NCBI GenBank assembly: GCA_963665815.1
Contig: OY762463.1
Span: forward strand, 256,001-320,000
Direction: 5' to 3'
DNA from: Candidatus Cloacimonadales bacterium
GTDB lineage: Bacteria; Cloacimonadota; Cloacimonadia; Cloacimonadales; JAIOQZ01
DNA length: 64,000 nucleotides
Shown here piece by piece: positions 48,565 through 58,474 of this stretch (position 1 is its first letter; each line of letters starts with the position of its first letter). The position numbers were made by a program, and so were the translations under genes. The notes below the pieces were generated by a model. The model did not search any database, was not told the origin of the DNA, and saw only the letters and a program-made list of their open reading frames with translations.

Positions 48565-49935
48565 TTAAGAAAAAGGGTAACCTTTTCTTTTTATTTTATC
48601 CAACAAAATATCTTTACTTATGTACGGGTTATCCATATAAATATCTTCAGCTATTTTCAAAGCAGTTCCAATATCACTGCCTTTAAGTTTCAAGTGTTTT
48701 ATAATATCTCTACCATTAACAGGCAATGGCGAAACTTTAAGTTCTTCTTCTGCGCTTTCGAGTTTTAGTCTTATCATCTTTGTCTGTTCCGGATACTGAT
48801 GTTCAGGGGCGTGAGAAATGTTATCGGCATGTATCAGATGCAGAAGATTATCGCAGTAATCCTTGGTGTCCCGTAAAAATTTCCTTGCAGCTTTCTTTGT
48901 CATATGTTCTGCATTCGCACCAAATGACTTTGTCCTCATATGGTTTTTAATCAGGAAGTTAACTTCTGAAACAAGTTTTCCGGAGTATTTCAATTTTTTC
49001 AGGATTTCCTTTGCTATTTTGGCAGAAGTGTTCTCATGGTTAAAGAATCGTCTGACTCCATCAACTTCATTCATACAACGTAGTTTGCCTATATCATGAA
49101 ACAAAGCACTTAACCTCAATTCGGGTAGTGGTGGAACGTTTTCAACAACAGACAATGTATGATGCCAGACATCTTTATCGTGATATTTATTCTGCTCCAG
49201 ATTAAGCATTTCTCCGAGTTCAGGTATAATGCTCTTATACATTTCAGTTTTGATAAGCAGTTCCAGACCTTTTGCCGGTTTATCCGATGTAAGGATTTTT
49301 GTGAATTCACAATTTATTCTCTCTATTGTTAGATTTTTTAATAAATGATGGTTTTCTTTAATGCTTTGAAGACAATCTTCTGATATGTCAAAATCGAGTT
49401 GCGCAGCAAATCTGACAGCTCTTAGTATTCTCAGTGGATCTTCAATGAAGACATCTGATGGAGCTGCTATTGTTCGAATCAGTTTGTTCCTGATGTCGTG
49501 AATACCTTTACCGGTGAGATCAAATATGCTGTTATCTTTCAGATTCAGAAGTAGAGAATTAATTGTAAAATCCCTTCTGAGAACGTCTTCATCAAGACTA
49601 CCGAAATCAACTGAGGGAAACCTGCATCTTTTTCGGTAGGATTCTTTTCGGGTCATTACAAACTCAATCGAGTAACCCAGAATATCTGACTTTGCAGTAC
49701 CGAATGTCTTATAGATTGCAGGATAAGTTGAGATTCCTTTTTCGTGAAGGAAAAATGCAAGATTCTGACCACCATTTTCGAGATTAACTACAATATCAAT
49801 ATCGTCAGAAGACCTTTCAAGCTGCAAGTCTCTTACAAATCCTCCTGCAACGTAAGTTCTACCTTCAAATTCTGTGTTTTTTATTGCCTCAGATATAAGA
49901 TTGAGGATTTTTGCTGATTGATTAGTACTATTCAT
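48565..49935 (-). CDS. cca: CCA tRNA nucleotidyltransferase / poly(A) polymerase family with HD domain
   Basis: YVAGGFVRD, DIDI, RRDFTINS, EDPLRILRAVRF, ERI..E, LFHDIGK. Confidence 0.88.
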   Translation of the reverse strand: MNSTNQSAKILNLISEAIKNTEFEGRTYVAGGFVRDLQLERSSDDIDIVVNLENGGQNLAFFLHEKGISTYPAIYKTFGTAKSDILGYSIEFVMTRKESYRKRCRFPSVDFGSLDEDVLRRDFTINSLLLNLKDNSIFDLTGKGIHDIRNKLIRTIAAPSDVFIEDPLRILRAVRFAAQLDFDISEDCLQSIKENHHLLKNLTIERINCEFTKILTSDKPAKGLELLIKTEMYKSIIPELGEMLNLEQNKYHDKDVWHHTLSVVENVPPLPELRLSALFHDIGKLRCMNEVDGVRRFFNHENTSAKIAKEILKKLKYSGKLVSEVNFLIKNHMRTKSFGANAEHMTKKAARKFLRDTKDYCDNLLHLIHADNISHAPEHQYPEQTKMIRLKLESAEEELKVSPLPVNGRDIIKHLKLKGSDIGTALKIAEDIYMDNPYISKDILLDKIKRKGYPFS

Positions 49936-49945
49936 TCAAAAACTA

Positions 49946-52015
49946 TTAATCGTTTAAGTTCAATCCGGGATATAGTTTTTTCTGGCACTCCGGACAGATT
50001 GAATGAGTAAACTTGAGTTCCGGTACTTTTTGAGAAAGAAAATCAGTTGGAGATTCCCATTTTCCTTTCTCTTCATCATCTCTGATTTTGAAGCATGAAG
50101 CACATATAGGAATAAGCCCGGTATGATTTACTTTTTGCTCACTGAGACGTTTCAGTATTGCTTTTTGCTCTGAGAAATCTCTGAAAACACAATAAGTTCC
50201 CGTCAGCTTACCCTCCCTATTCTTTCTCGGAGTTATCGTAACCAGTAAAGGCATTGTTGCATCAGGTCTTTGAAGTGGAATTTCAAAGGATGCTTTTCCA
50301 TGCAAAATCATTGTATCAATGTAATTCATTGCACGTTCAATATCTTCCGGACTGAAAATATCTGTAATGTTAAGTTTGCAAAGTTCTTCTCTTTTCATTC
50401 CAAATATTTTTTCTGCAGATGGATTGGCATATGTAAAATAAAAGTCTTCTGACAGTATAACAATTCCTTCCCCTTGGTTTTCCACGAGGGTTCTCAGAAG
50501 TTCTTCATTCTCTTTTAGTTTTCTTTCTGAAGTTATACGGTGAGTAATGTCAATTCCTGAAGATAGAACAGATACAATTTTCCCATTATCATCCCTAAGA
50601 TAAGTATTATGCCAGGAAATGGTCATTTCTCTGCCATCTTTTGCAATAATATCATTTTCAAAGTGCTCCGGGTAATCTGTTTCATTATCAATTACTTTTC
50701 TGAATACATGTCTGATTTTCTCTCTTTCATCTGCTTTGATACATAAATCAAACCAGTTTTTACCAACGACTTCATCACGATTATATCCAAGAAGAACAAG
50801 CCCTTTCTGGTTCATCATCAGTATATTCTCATTAGCATCAATGTTAACAAAAATTGATCCTGCCATATCAAGATAGAGCTCTGCTGTTTCCTTAGCTTTA
50901 ACTAATGCTTTCTCTGCGGCTTTTTCTCTTGTGATATCATGGATTATGGAGTACAACAAATCTTTACCTCTAATGTTAATTCTGTTAGTGAATACATTAA
51001 CATCTTTAATTAAATTATTGGCTGTCCTATGTTTAAAAATGAAGTGACTTCTGTTTCCTGCTCTTGCTTTCATCATTTCTGCTTTAACTTCATTATCGGT
51101 CAGGATATTAATATCTGATATACTCATTGAGGTCAGCTTTTCATAAGGGTATCCGTAAAAATTTACTGCGCTGTCGTTTGCGTCTTCAATTTTTCCATTT
51201 GCAGGATTAATGATCAGCATTATAGATCTGTTTTCTTCAAACATTTTTCGATATTTTAAATCACCCTGGTTGAATACATGATCATTAGAAATAGCATTAT
51301 CCAATTGCTTAACAATTCCAAAAACAACCATCTCTCCATCAATTTCATCCTTCCATGTTTGTACTTCAACAGGAAACTCATTACCAGATATAGCTTTGTG
51401 TATTGAATTAAGCAAATAGCGTTTTTTAGGATCTTTATTCATCCAGAATTTTCTAAACAAAGTATCACTATAGTACGTATCAATATCGGAAACAGATAAT
51501 TTCAGAATATCTTCTTTTGATCTTCCCAGTATGTTACAATATACTTCGTTTATATCCAGAATATTCCCATCTAAATCTGTAATAATCAGAGCATCTTCAG
51601 CATTAGAAAAGAAGTTACTGTGATATCTGTTACTCTTTTCAATTCTGTTAGTTTTAATCCTGAATAAAATCATTTCAATCCGGTTTGACAACTCTTTAAG
51701 TGAGTAACCGGTTACCAGAAAATCATTTATAGGGGATTCTATTGAACTAAAAGTCTCTAAGTGTTCTCTATAGCTAGTATTTAAGAATATCTTATATAGA
51801 TTACTTGAAAGTAGCATTTTTTGAAATTGTGAATTGAAGCCATTCATAAATTTTGTATCGATAATCAATATACTGAATGTATCCAAATCATAACTTGCTA
51901 AATCATCAGGGGTACTGCATATTCTGATATCTATATCTTCAGAAAAAACAATACTATTCAAATGTTCATGCAATTTATTACTCTCAGATACCAGTAGAAC
52001 TTTATTACTCTCCAT
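49946..52015 (-). CDS. Cytoplasmic sensor: degenerate REC, 4 PAS domains, C-terminal Cys/His Zn-ribbon
   Basis: Four PAS/PAC repeats; C-terminus IPICASCFKIRD...W...FTHSICPEC; no kinase or cyclase domain. Confidence 0.82.
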   Translation of the reverse strand: MESNKVLLVSESNKLHEHLNSIVFSEDIDIRICSTPDDLASYDLDTFSILIIDTKFMNGFNSQFQKMLLSSNLYKIFLNTSYREHLETFSSIESPINDFLVTGYSLKELSNRIEMILFRIKTNRIEKSNRYHSNFFSNAEDALIITDLDGNILDINEVYCNILGRSKEDILKLSVSDIDTYYSDTLFRKFWMNKDPKKRYLLNSIHKAISGNEFPVEVQTWKDEIDGEMVVFGIVKQLDNAISNDHVFNQGDLKYRKMFEENRSIMLIINPANGKIEDANDSAVNFYGYPYEKLTSMSISDINILTDNEVKAEMMKARAGNRSHFIFKHRTANNLIKDVNVFTNRINIRGKDLLYSIIHDITREKAAEKALVKAKETAELYLDMAGSIFVNIDANENILMMNQKGLVLLGYNRDEVVGKNWFDLCIKADEREKIRHVFRKVIDNETDYPEHFENDIIAKDGREMTISWHNTYLRDDNGKIVSVLSSGIDITHRITSERKLKENEELLRTLVENQGEGIVILSEDFYFTYANPSAEKIFGMKREELCKLNITDIFSPEDIERAMNYIDTMILHGKASFEIPLQRPDATMPLLVTITPRKNREGKLTGTYCVFRDFSEQKAILKRLSEQKVNHTGLIPICASCFKIRDDEEKGKWESPTDFLSQKVPELKFTHSICPECQKKLYPGLNLND

Positions 52016-52169
52016 CTTGACTCCAGAATTTAAAGGTTAACTCTGATCAAAATATATTATTTTTTATCTTTAAGTCAATTTTTTATGGAAGATGATATTA
52101 TTAAAAAATACGAATATTTGTTAGCGTTTACAAGTAACATGGTTAAATTGTAAAATAAACGGAGGAAAA

Positions 52170-53069
52170 ATGAGAAAATTAATGTTAATTTTATTCCTCT
52201 TTACAGGAGTTATAATGAATTCTCAGGAATACAATAAATTGAATGAAATAGAAAAATACGTGATTGAGGAGAAAGGGACAGAGAGGCCTTTTTCAGGAAT
52301 TTATACCGATCATTTTGATTCTGGTGTTTATAAATGCAAAAAATGTAATACACCTCTTTTTGAGTCTGACAGCAAATTTCATTCAGGATGTGGTTGGCCG
52401 AGTTTTGATGATGCTATTGAAGGCAGAGTGAAACAGGTCCCCGATAAAGACGGTGTTCGCACAGAAATAGTATGTAGTAATTGTGGGGGGCATCTCGGAC
52501 ATGTGTTTAAAGGTGAAAAATACACACCTAAGAACACGCGATTTTGTGTAAACTCAGTGTCTCTTGACTTTTATCCGGATGAAGTAAAACCAGAAACTGC
52601 AATTTTTGCAGGAGGTTGCTTCTGGGGAGTCGAATACTACTTTATGAAACAGAATGGAGTAATCTCAACAGATGTAGGTTATACAGGTGGAACTCTGGAG
52701 AATCCGGAATACTATGACGTAACAACAGGTGCTACAGGTCATGCAGAGGCTGTTAAAGTAGTATATGATCCATCAAAGGTCAGTTATGAAACTCTGACTC
52801 GTCTTTTCTTCGAAATACACGATCCAACTCAGGAAAACAGACAGGGTCCTGATATTGGAACTCAATACAGATCTGAAGTATTTTATTCTGATCAAAAACA
52901 GAAGGAAACTGCTCAACGACTAATAAATATTCTTAAGGCAAAAGGATATGATGTAAAAACTAAGCTTACAGAGGCTGATGAATTTTATAAGGCAGAAAAT
53001 TATCATCAGGATTACTATAAGCGTAAAGGCTCTAAACCCTATTGTCATTTCAGAAACAAAAGATTCTGA
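52170..53069 (+). CDS. msrAB: Bifunctional methionine sulfoxide reductase (MsrB-MsrA fusion)
   Basis: GTERPF, SGCGWPSF, HLGHVF, RFCVNS; then AGGCFWG, GHAE, QYRS, AENYHQDY. Confidence 0.95.
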   Translation: MRKLMLILFLFTGVIMNSQEYNKLNEIEKYVIEEKGTERPFSGIYTDHFDSGVYKCKKCNTPLFESDSKFHSGCGWPSFDDAIEGRVKQVPDKDGVRTEIVCSNCGGHLGHVFKGEKYTPKNTRFCVNSVSLDFYPDEVKPETAIFAGGCFWGVEYYFMKQNGVISTDVGYTGGTLENPEYYDVTTGATGHAEAVKVVYDPSKVSYETLTRLFFEIHDPTQENRQGPDIGTQYRSEVFYSDQKQKETAQRLINILKAKGYDVKTKLTEADEFYKAENYHQDYYKRKGSKPYCHFRNKRF

Positions 53070-53074
53070 ATAGA

Positions 53075-53108
53075 TGACCTGCTGATAATACGGCAGGTCA
53101 ATTTCTAT
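53075..53108 (+). terminator. Probable terminator hairpin after msrAB
   Basis: tgacctgc-10 nt-gcaggtca followed by atttctat (weak U tract). Confidence 0.55.
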
Positions 53109-53331
53109 AGAACCTGAGAGCTTTGCTAAATTGGTAGTACATCTAAAGGTTTGATGAGTACGTTCAGATGGAATATTGATTTCCATCATTAGTATTCCTT
53201 ATAATCAATATTGCGTTGATGTAATCAGTAATCATGTTATAGGATTCATAAAATTTATGATCAGTGATTATTCCAATTATGCAAAACATTCCAGTAATAA
53301 CCATGAAAGTTTATGAAAGGATAAATTCATC

Positions 53332-54222
53332 ATGAATAATAAAACAAAATCGTTGATATATATATTGCTGTCATCTTTATCATTCGCATTCATGTCTGTG
53401 ATAGTTAAAGATCTCAATAATATACCACTTATACATAAAGTATTCTTCAGAAATCTGATAAGTCTTCTAATAACACTTATTATAATCAGAAAATCAGGTC
53501 CGGAGAAATGGGGAAGACCTGAAAACAGGAAGTATCTTGTAATGCGATCAGTACTGGGATTAGGTGGAATATTCCTTTATTTCCATGCTATCAGTAATAT
53601 GGATCTCGCCGATTCATCCATGTTGAACAGAATCTCACCCTTTTTCGTGACTATCTTCGCTTTTTTCTATCTCGGTGAGAAGATATTCAAACAACAGATA
53701 TTCGCTTTATTTGTAGTGTTTGCAGCTTCTCTTCTGATTATTCAGCCTGAGTTTAACATGTCAGCACTTCCGGCAGTATCCGGATTTCTTTCGGCTGTTT
53801 TTGCCGGAGCTGCATATACTATTGTCAGACTCTTAGCCTTAAGACAAGAAAAACCACAGACAATTGTGTTCTACTTCTCATTAATTTCTGTTATTGCAGT
53901 ACTGCCTTTTTTCCTTATGGATTTCAGTATTCCTGAACCGGGAACAATGGTGAAGCTCCTACTGATAGGTGTTTTTGCTGCAGGTGGACAGTTTGGGCTG
54001 ACTTATGCTTATAAGTATGCAAAAGCTTCTGAAGTGTCCATATTTAACTATACTAACATTATCTTTGCAGGTATACTGGGTTTTCTTGTCTGGAGAGAAA
54101 TACCGGATATGCTTAGTCTCACTGGAACAATATTTATTGTTGCAGCCTCAGTTTATATTTTCCTCTTCAATCAAAGGAGTGTAAAACATGGGAAAAAACT
54201 TGGCAATTGTGTTCATTGCTAA
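53332..54222 (+). CDS. DMT/EamA family transporter (paralog 1)
   Basis: About 10 TM in two EamA halves; FFRNL, SPFF, AYKYAKASEVS. Confidence 0.9.
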   Translation: MNNKTKSLIYILLSSLSFAFMSVIVKDLNNIPLIHKVFFRNLISLLITLIIIRKSGPEKWGRPENRKYLVMRSVLGLGGIFLYFHAISNMDLADSSMLNRISPFFVTIFAFFYLGEKIFKQQIFALFVVFAASLLIIQPEFNMSALPAVSGFLSAVFAGAAYTIVRLLALRQEKPQTIVFYFSLISVIAVLPFFLMDFSIPEPGTMVKLLLIGVFAAGGQFGLTYAYKYAKASEVSIFNYTNIIFAGILGFLVWREIPDMLSLTGTIFIVAASVYIFLFNQRSVKHGKKLGNCVHC

Positions 54223-54481
54223 CAATTACACTAGAAAACAACAGTTCTGTGAGTTTATGGAAGAATAAATCCAATTATGTACATCCGGAGTTGAAATCAT
54301 TTAGTATAAACGTTTGAACCTACCTCAGACAAGTTTTCATCTGAATGCATTCAGCTCCGGCAGTGTGTAGTCCAAAAGCAGCATGTGAGCGTTAAGTGTC
54401 CCTAATGGAAGGAAATCGACTTGGAAATTGATTTTTGACTTACAGGTTGACATAATGAGCTACATCAAAAATCACAACAGC

Positions 54482-55336
54482 ATGAATAACAAAACAAAAT
54501 CGTTGATATACATATTGCTGTCATCGTTATCATTTGCATTCATGTCGGTAATAGTGAAAGATCTCAATCATGTTCCAGTGCTGCAAAAAGTCTTTTTCAG
54601 AAATCTTGTAAGTCTGATTATAACTCTATTTATAATCAGAAAAGCACGTGTAAGACTATGGGGGAGACCTGAAAACAGGAAGTTCCTTATCCTGAGATCT
54701 TTGCTGGGACTAAGTGGAGTCTTTCTTTACTTTTTTGCCATAAGCAACATGAATCTGGCTGATTCTTCCATGTTGAACAAGATATCTCCTTTTTTCGTAA
54801 CTATTTTTTCATTTCTCTTCTTAAGGGAGAAGATATTCAAGCAACAGGTTCTTGCATTAATTGTTGTTTTTGCTGCCTCCCTGCTTATTATCAAGCCAGA
54901 ATTTAAATTATCTGTACTTCCTGCTTTATCCGGGTTTCTTTCAGCAATTTTTGCGGGAGCTGCTTATACTACCGTAAGATTCCTGGGAGTAAGGAATGAG
55001 AAACCTCAGGTCATAGTTTTCTATTTCTCGTTGATCTCCGTAATTGTTGTTTTGCCTTTCTTCCTGATGAACTTAAATTTACCGGATTTTGGTACATTGA
55101 TAAGGCTTTTCCTGATTGGTACATTTGCGGCAGGAGGGCAGTTTGGACTTACTTATGCCTACAAATATGCAAAAGCTTCTGAAGTCTCCATATACAATTA
55201 CACAAACATTTTGTTTGCAGGGATTATGGGTTTCTTAATCTGGAAAGAGATACCGGATAATCTGAGTATGGCAGGTTCGATAATTATCATTGCAGCATCA
55301 GTTTACATTTTTATGTATAACAGGAAAAAGTCCTGA
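54482..55336 (+). CDS. DMT/EamA family transporter (paralog 2)
   Basis: First 29 aa identical to paralog 1; collinear throughout. Confidence 0.9.
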   Translation: MNNKTKSLIYILLSSLSFAFMSVIVKDLNHVPVLQKVFFRNLVSLIITLFIIRKARVRLWGRPENRKFLILRSLLGLSGVFLYFFAISNMNLADSSMLNKISPFFVTIFSFLFLREKIFKQQVLALIVVFAASLLIIKPEFKLSVLPALSGFLSAIFAGAAYTTVRFLGVRNEKPQVIVFYFSLISVIVVLPFFLMNLNLPDFGTLIRLFLIGTFAAGGQFGLTYAYKYAKASEVSIYNYTNILFAGIMGFLIWKEIPDNLSMAGSIIIIAASVYIFMYNRKKS

Positions 55337-55348
55337 CAGTAGTTTGGA

Positions 55349-56395
55349 TCAATTCAATATTTTGATTTTAATTACTCTGGATCCATTATCATCAAAGATT
55401 AACATTCTATCATCTTCGGTAAAAGTATATGTCTTAACAGTTATGTCCGGAATAGTAAAGCAACCCGTTTGAATTCCATCTGAGTTGAATCTCAGTAATT
55501 ATGACACCTCATCAGATTCGGATTTGCTATTTGTGATAGCGTAAATGTTTCCTGATGCGTCAACTGCTATTCCATTTGAATTAGGCTGTAATACCAATCG
55601 CTGCTGAGTATTATCTCCAGTAAGCTGTGACTTTGATTTTGAGAACGTTTCTCTAATTATATTCAGTTCAGGTAGAGTATCACTGTAAACTGTGATTTTA
55701 TCTGTTCCAACATAGTTCAGGTAGAGTTTATTTTTCTTATGTGTCAGTGCAAGCATATTCTTCAAATATGATTCCTGTGGGTTAGATGATAATCCTGCAT
55801 CTACAAATGATTTTACATATTTTAAATCTTTATCATATTGCTTTACAAGCTTGAGTGATTTACCTGTTCCTCCGGTTCCAAGTGCAAGTCCAACAGTATA
55901 GATCATATCATTTTCGTCAATTGTAAAGCCCATAGGGAAGAAGTCTTCAGTTTTGTTTGAAGTAACAAAGTTTCCATCTGAATCAAAGACAATAAAAGTC
56001 ATTCTCTTTACATCGAATGTGATCAGTCTATCATCGCTGGTAATAATAAGAGAAACGGCATTTTCAATTTCACCGGGACCAGATCCCTTGTGTGAGAATA
56101 CTTTGATGAAATTTCCATTCTTATCGAACTTCTTGATATTGCATTCACCGGCATCAATCATGTAGATATTCCCGTCTTTGTCTTCTGCGAAGTCAGAGAT
56201 TGAGTTGAATACATATTGAGAAGTATCTTCTGATATCTCCATCTCGATCTTATACTTCAGCTCCTCAACAGGATATTTTTTGTTAATGACAGTCTTTACA
56301 CCGTTTCTTTGTTGTATTTCCGGTTTATATTTGTTTGTGTTGCATGCAGTCAGCAAGAGAATAAAAATTGTTGTGAGGGCTATCTTTTTAATCAT
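55349..56395 (-). pseudogene. Beta-propeller lipoprotein (array member 5) with in-frame premature TAA at 55499-55501
   Basis: Frame continues past TAA for 49 codons (LLRFNSDGIQTGCFTIP...IKILN) to TGA 55349, homologous to paralog tails (VLQVFN..GIQI); full length 348 codons vs 335-345. Confidence 0.8.
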
Positions 56396-57425
56396 AATTT
56401 TCTCCTGTTCCTGAATCAGTTATGAACGATCCGTATTTTCTCAAAGTATTGTCATCACATCCATATCCGTATATTTTGTTGTTTCTAATTTTGATTTCAG
56501 TTATATAGCCTGGTAAAGCCATGTTTGCAATCTGCTTTCCTTCCGGATTAAATACCTGCAATACACTAACAGGTTCTGATTCATTAATTTTTCTCATAGT
56601 ATCCTGAACGTAAGTTATAAGATAAATATTTCCTTCAGAATCCATATTAAGGCAGTTAGAAGTTGAATTTACAAATGTACAGTAATCATCTTTCTCAATA
56701 CCACCTTTGAAATAAAGCTTTCTTTTGATATGTAAAACAGGGATCTTATCTTTTAGAACAGTTATATCATTGTCAATTGTGTTATTAATGACGATCCTCC
56801 CATTATATTCAACAAAAGAATAAGGAGTATCAAGATTTTCAATTTCAAAGAAGGAATCAATTAATTCAAACTCAGAATTAAATCTGTGAAGCAAATAGTT
56901 TCTATTTACAGAATGTTTTAATAAAATACCTGAGACTAAGTAGGTGTTATCAGGGTTTCTTAAAATCTGGACAGGACGAACTATTTCTATCTTTTTACGT
57001 GAAAGGTAATTCCCTTCCGCATCGAATTCATTAAGTATAGTTAGTGAAATATCCTGAATCAATAAAGTATTGTGGGGAGTATAATACATGTAAGCTGGCT
57101 TGTGCAGTTCACCAGGACCCTCTCCTTTTTGGGATATGGTTCTCAGGAACTTACCTGTTTCATCAAACTTGAAAATTTTACTTTGAGACATATCAAGGAA
57201 ATAAATGTTATTATCCTTATCAACCTCTATATCCCTTATGTCTGTAATAGCATAATCAGGTGATTCTCCTGGGATTTCCAGCTCAGTTTTTAGAGAAAAT
57301 TGAGTTATTGGCATTTCCGGATTAACTGCTGTTTTGACTCCATCAATCATTTTTACTTCATAGCTCTTTTGTGTACAAGCTGCTATGCATATAAAAAGTA
57401 GAACAGCTATTATCGAATTCCTCAT
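56388..57425 (-). CDS. 6-bladed beta-propeller lipoprotein (array member 4)
   Basis: IAAC lipobox; KGEGPGEL; DSEGNIY; LQVFN. Confidence 0.82.
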   Translation of the reverse strand: MRNSIIAVLLFICIAACTQKSYEVKMIDGVKTAVNPEMPITQFSLKTELEIPGESPDYAITDIRDIEVDKDNNIYFLDMSQSKIFKFDETGKFLRTISQKGEGPGELHKPAYMYYTPHNTLLIQDISLTILNEFDAEGNYLSRKKIEIVRPVQILRNPDNTYLVSGILLKHSVNRNYLLHRFNSEFELIDSFFEIENLDTPYSFVEYNGRIVINNTIDNDITVLKDKIPVLHIKRKLYFKGGIEKDDYCTFVNSTSNCLNMDSEGNIYLITYVQDTMRKINESEPVSVLQVFNPEGKQIANMALPGYITEIKIRNNKIYGYGCDDNTLRKYGSFITDSGTGENYD

Positions 57426-57446
57426 TTCTCCCCCTATTCAGGCTAT

Positions 57447-58454
57447 TTATATTGGTTTGTATCTTGTTATACTGGATGAATTGTAATTGTATGTGTAGAT
57501 GAAATCATTGTCGAGACTAATGTAACATATATTTTCATCCAGAGCCATATTTATTATCTGAATACCGTCTTTGTTAAAAACCTGCAGTACGCTTTCCGGC
57601 ATGTCTTCGGCTTTATCTTCTTTCTGATAGTTATGAGTTGTTGCAATAGTATAAATGTTCCCTTTGGAATCTGTTGCCAAACACCGAGAACTTGGAGTAA
57701 CATGGGTTCCATGACCTACTCTTTCTATTTTCCCTTCTATATACAGATGTCTTTTAATAGAAAGTTCTGTCTTTTCATTTTTCAGAATATCAATTTTATT
57801 CTCAGTTCTTTGAGTTAATATAATTTTATCTCCAAACTTAACTATTGAAATCGGTGTTGAAACATCAGATACTTGATAATACGATTTTGTAACTTTCAGA
57901 TTTGAATCAAGGGTATAAAGTGCATTTTTTATATCATTTGCTTGCCCATAGTATTTACCAGAGCATATATAAGCAGAATCCGAAGTTGATACTAAATCTC
58001 TGAGAAAGAAGTTCTCCATTCTATACTGCATTACATAATTGCCTTCCAAGTCAAATGAATGTATGATTCCTCGACTTTTTTCGCGAATCAATATTTCATT
58101 TCTGTCAGTGATAAAAATACTTCCGGGATAAGAAAGTTCACCGGGGCCATTCCCTTTGTGTGAAAGTATTTTATTCAGTTTACCAGTTGTATCAAATTTT
58201 TTAATATTACATTCTTTTGAGTCCAACACATAAATATTTCCCTCTTTATCAAAAGCAATATCTTCTATATTATTAATTATGTAACCGTCACCTTCATCAG
58301 GTATTGTCATATCTTTCACCAGTGAGAAAGGTGCAATTGGCATTTCATGGTTAATAACGGTTTTCACCCCATCGATAGTCTTTACTTCGTAGTTCTTTTC
58401 TGTACAAGCTGTTAAGCATACAAAAAGTAGTGCGTAGATAAAAATCGTTCTCAA
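57447..58454 (-). CDS. 6-bladed beta-propeller lipoprotein (array member 3)
   Basis: TTG start with GGAGG; LTAC; KGNGPGEL; DSKGNIY. Confidence 0.82.
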   Translation of the reverse strand: MRTIFIYALLFVCLTACTEKNYEVKTIDGVKTVINHEMPIAPFSLVKDMTIPDEGDGYIINNIEDIAFDKEGNIYVLDSKECNIKKFDTTGKLNKILSHKGNGPGELSYPGSIFITDRNEILIREKSRGIIHSFDLEGNYVMQYRMENFFLRDLVSTSDSAYICSGKYYGQANDIKNALYTLDSNLKVTKSYYQVSDVSTPISIVKFGDKIILTQRTENKIDILKNEKTELSIKRHLYIEGKIERVGHGTHVTPSSRCLATDSKGNIYTIATTHNYQKEDKAEDMPESVLQVFNKDGIQIINMALDENICYISLDNDFIYTYNYNSSSITRYKPI

Positions 58455-58474
58455 AGTACCTCCATGAAATAAAA

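Noticed and set aside
2014-53260. tcataaa-N-tttatga palindromes before pfkA (2014) and the first DMT gene (53246) as a shared operator
   Set aside because: Spacer lengths differ and the sequence is very AT-rich, so chance is likely
55499-55501. Stop-codon reassignment or Sec/Pyl recoding
   Set aside because: The codon is TAA, which ends many ordinary genes here; Sec and Pyl use TGA and TAG
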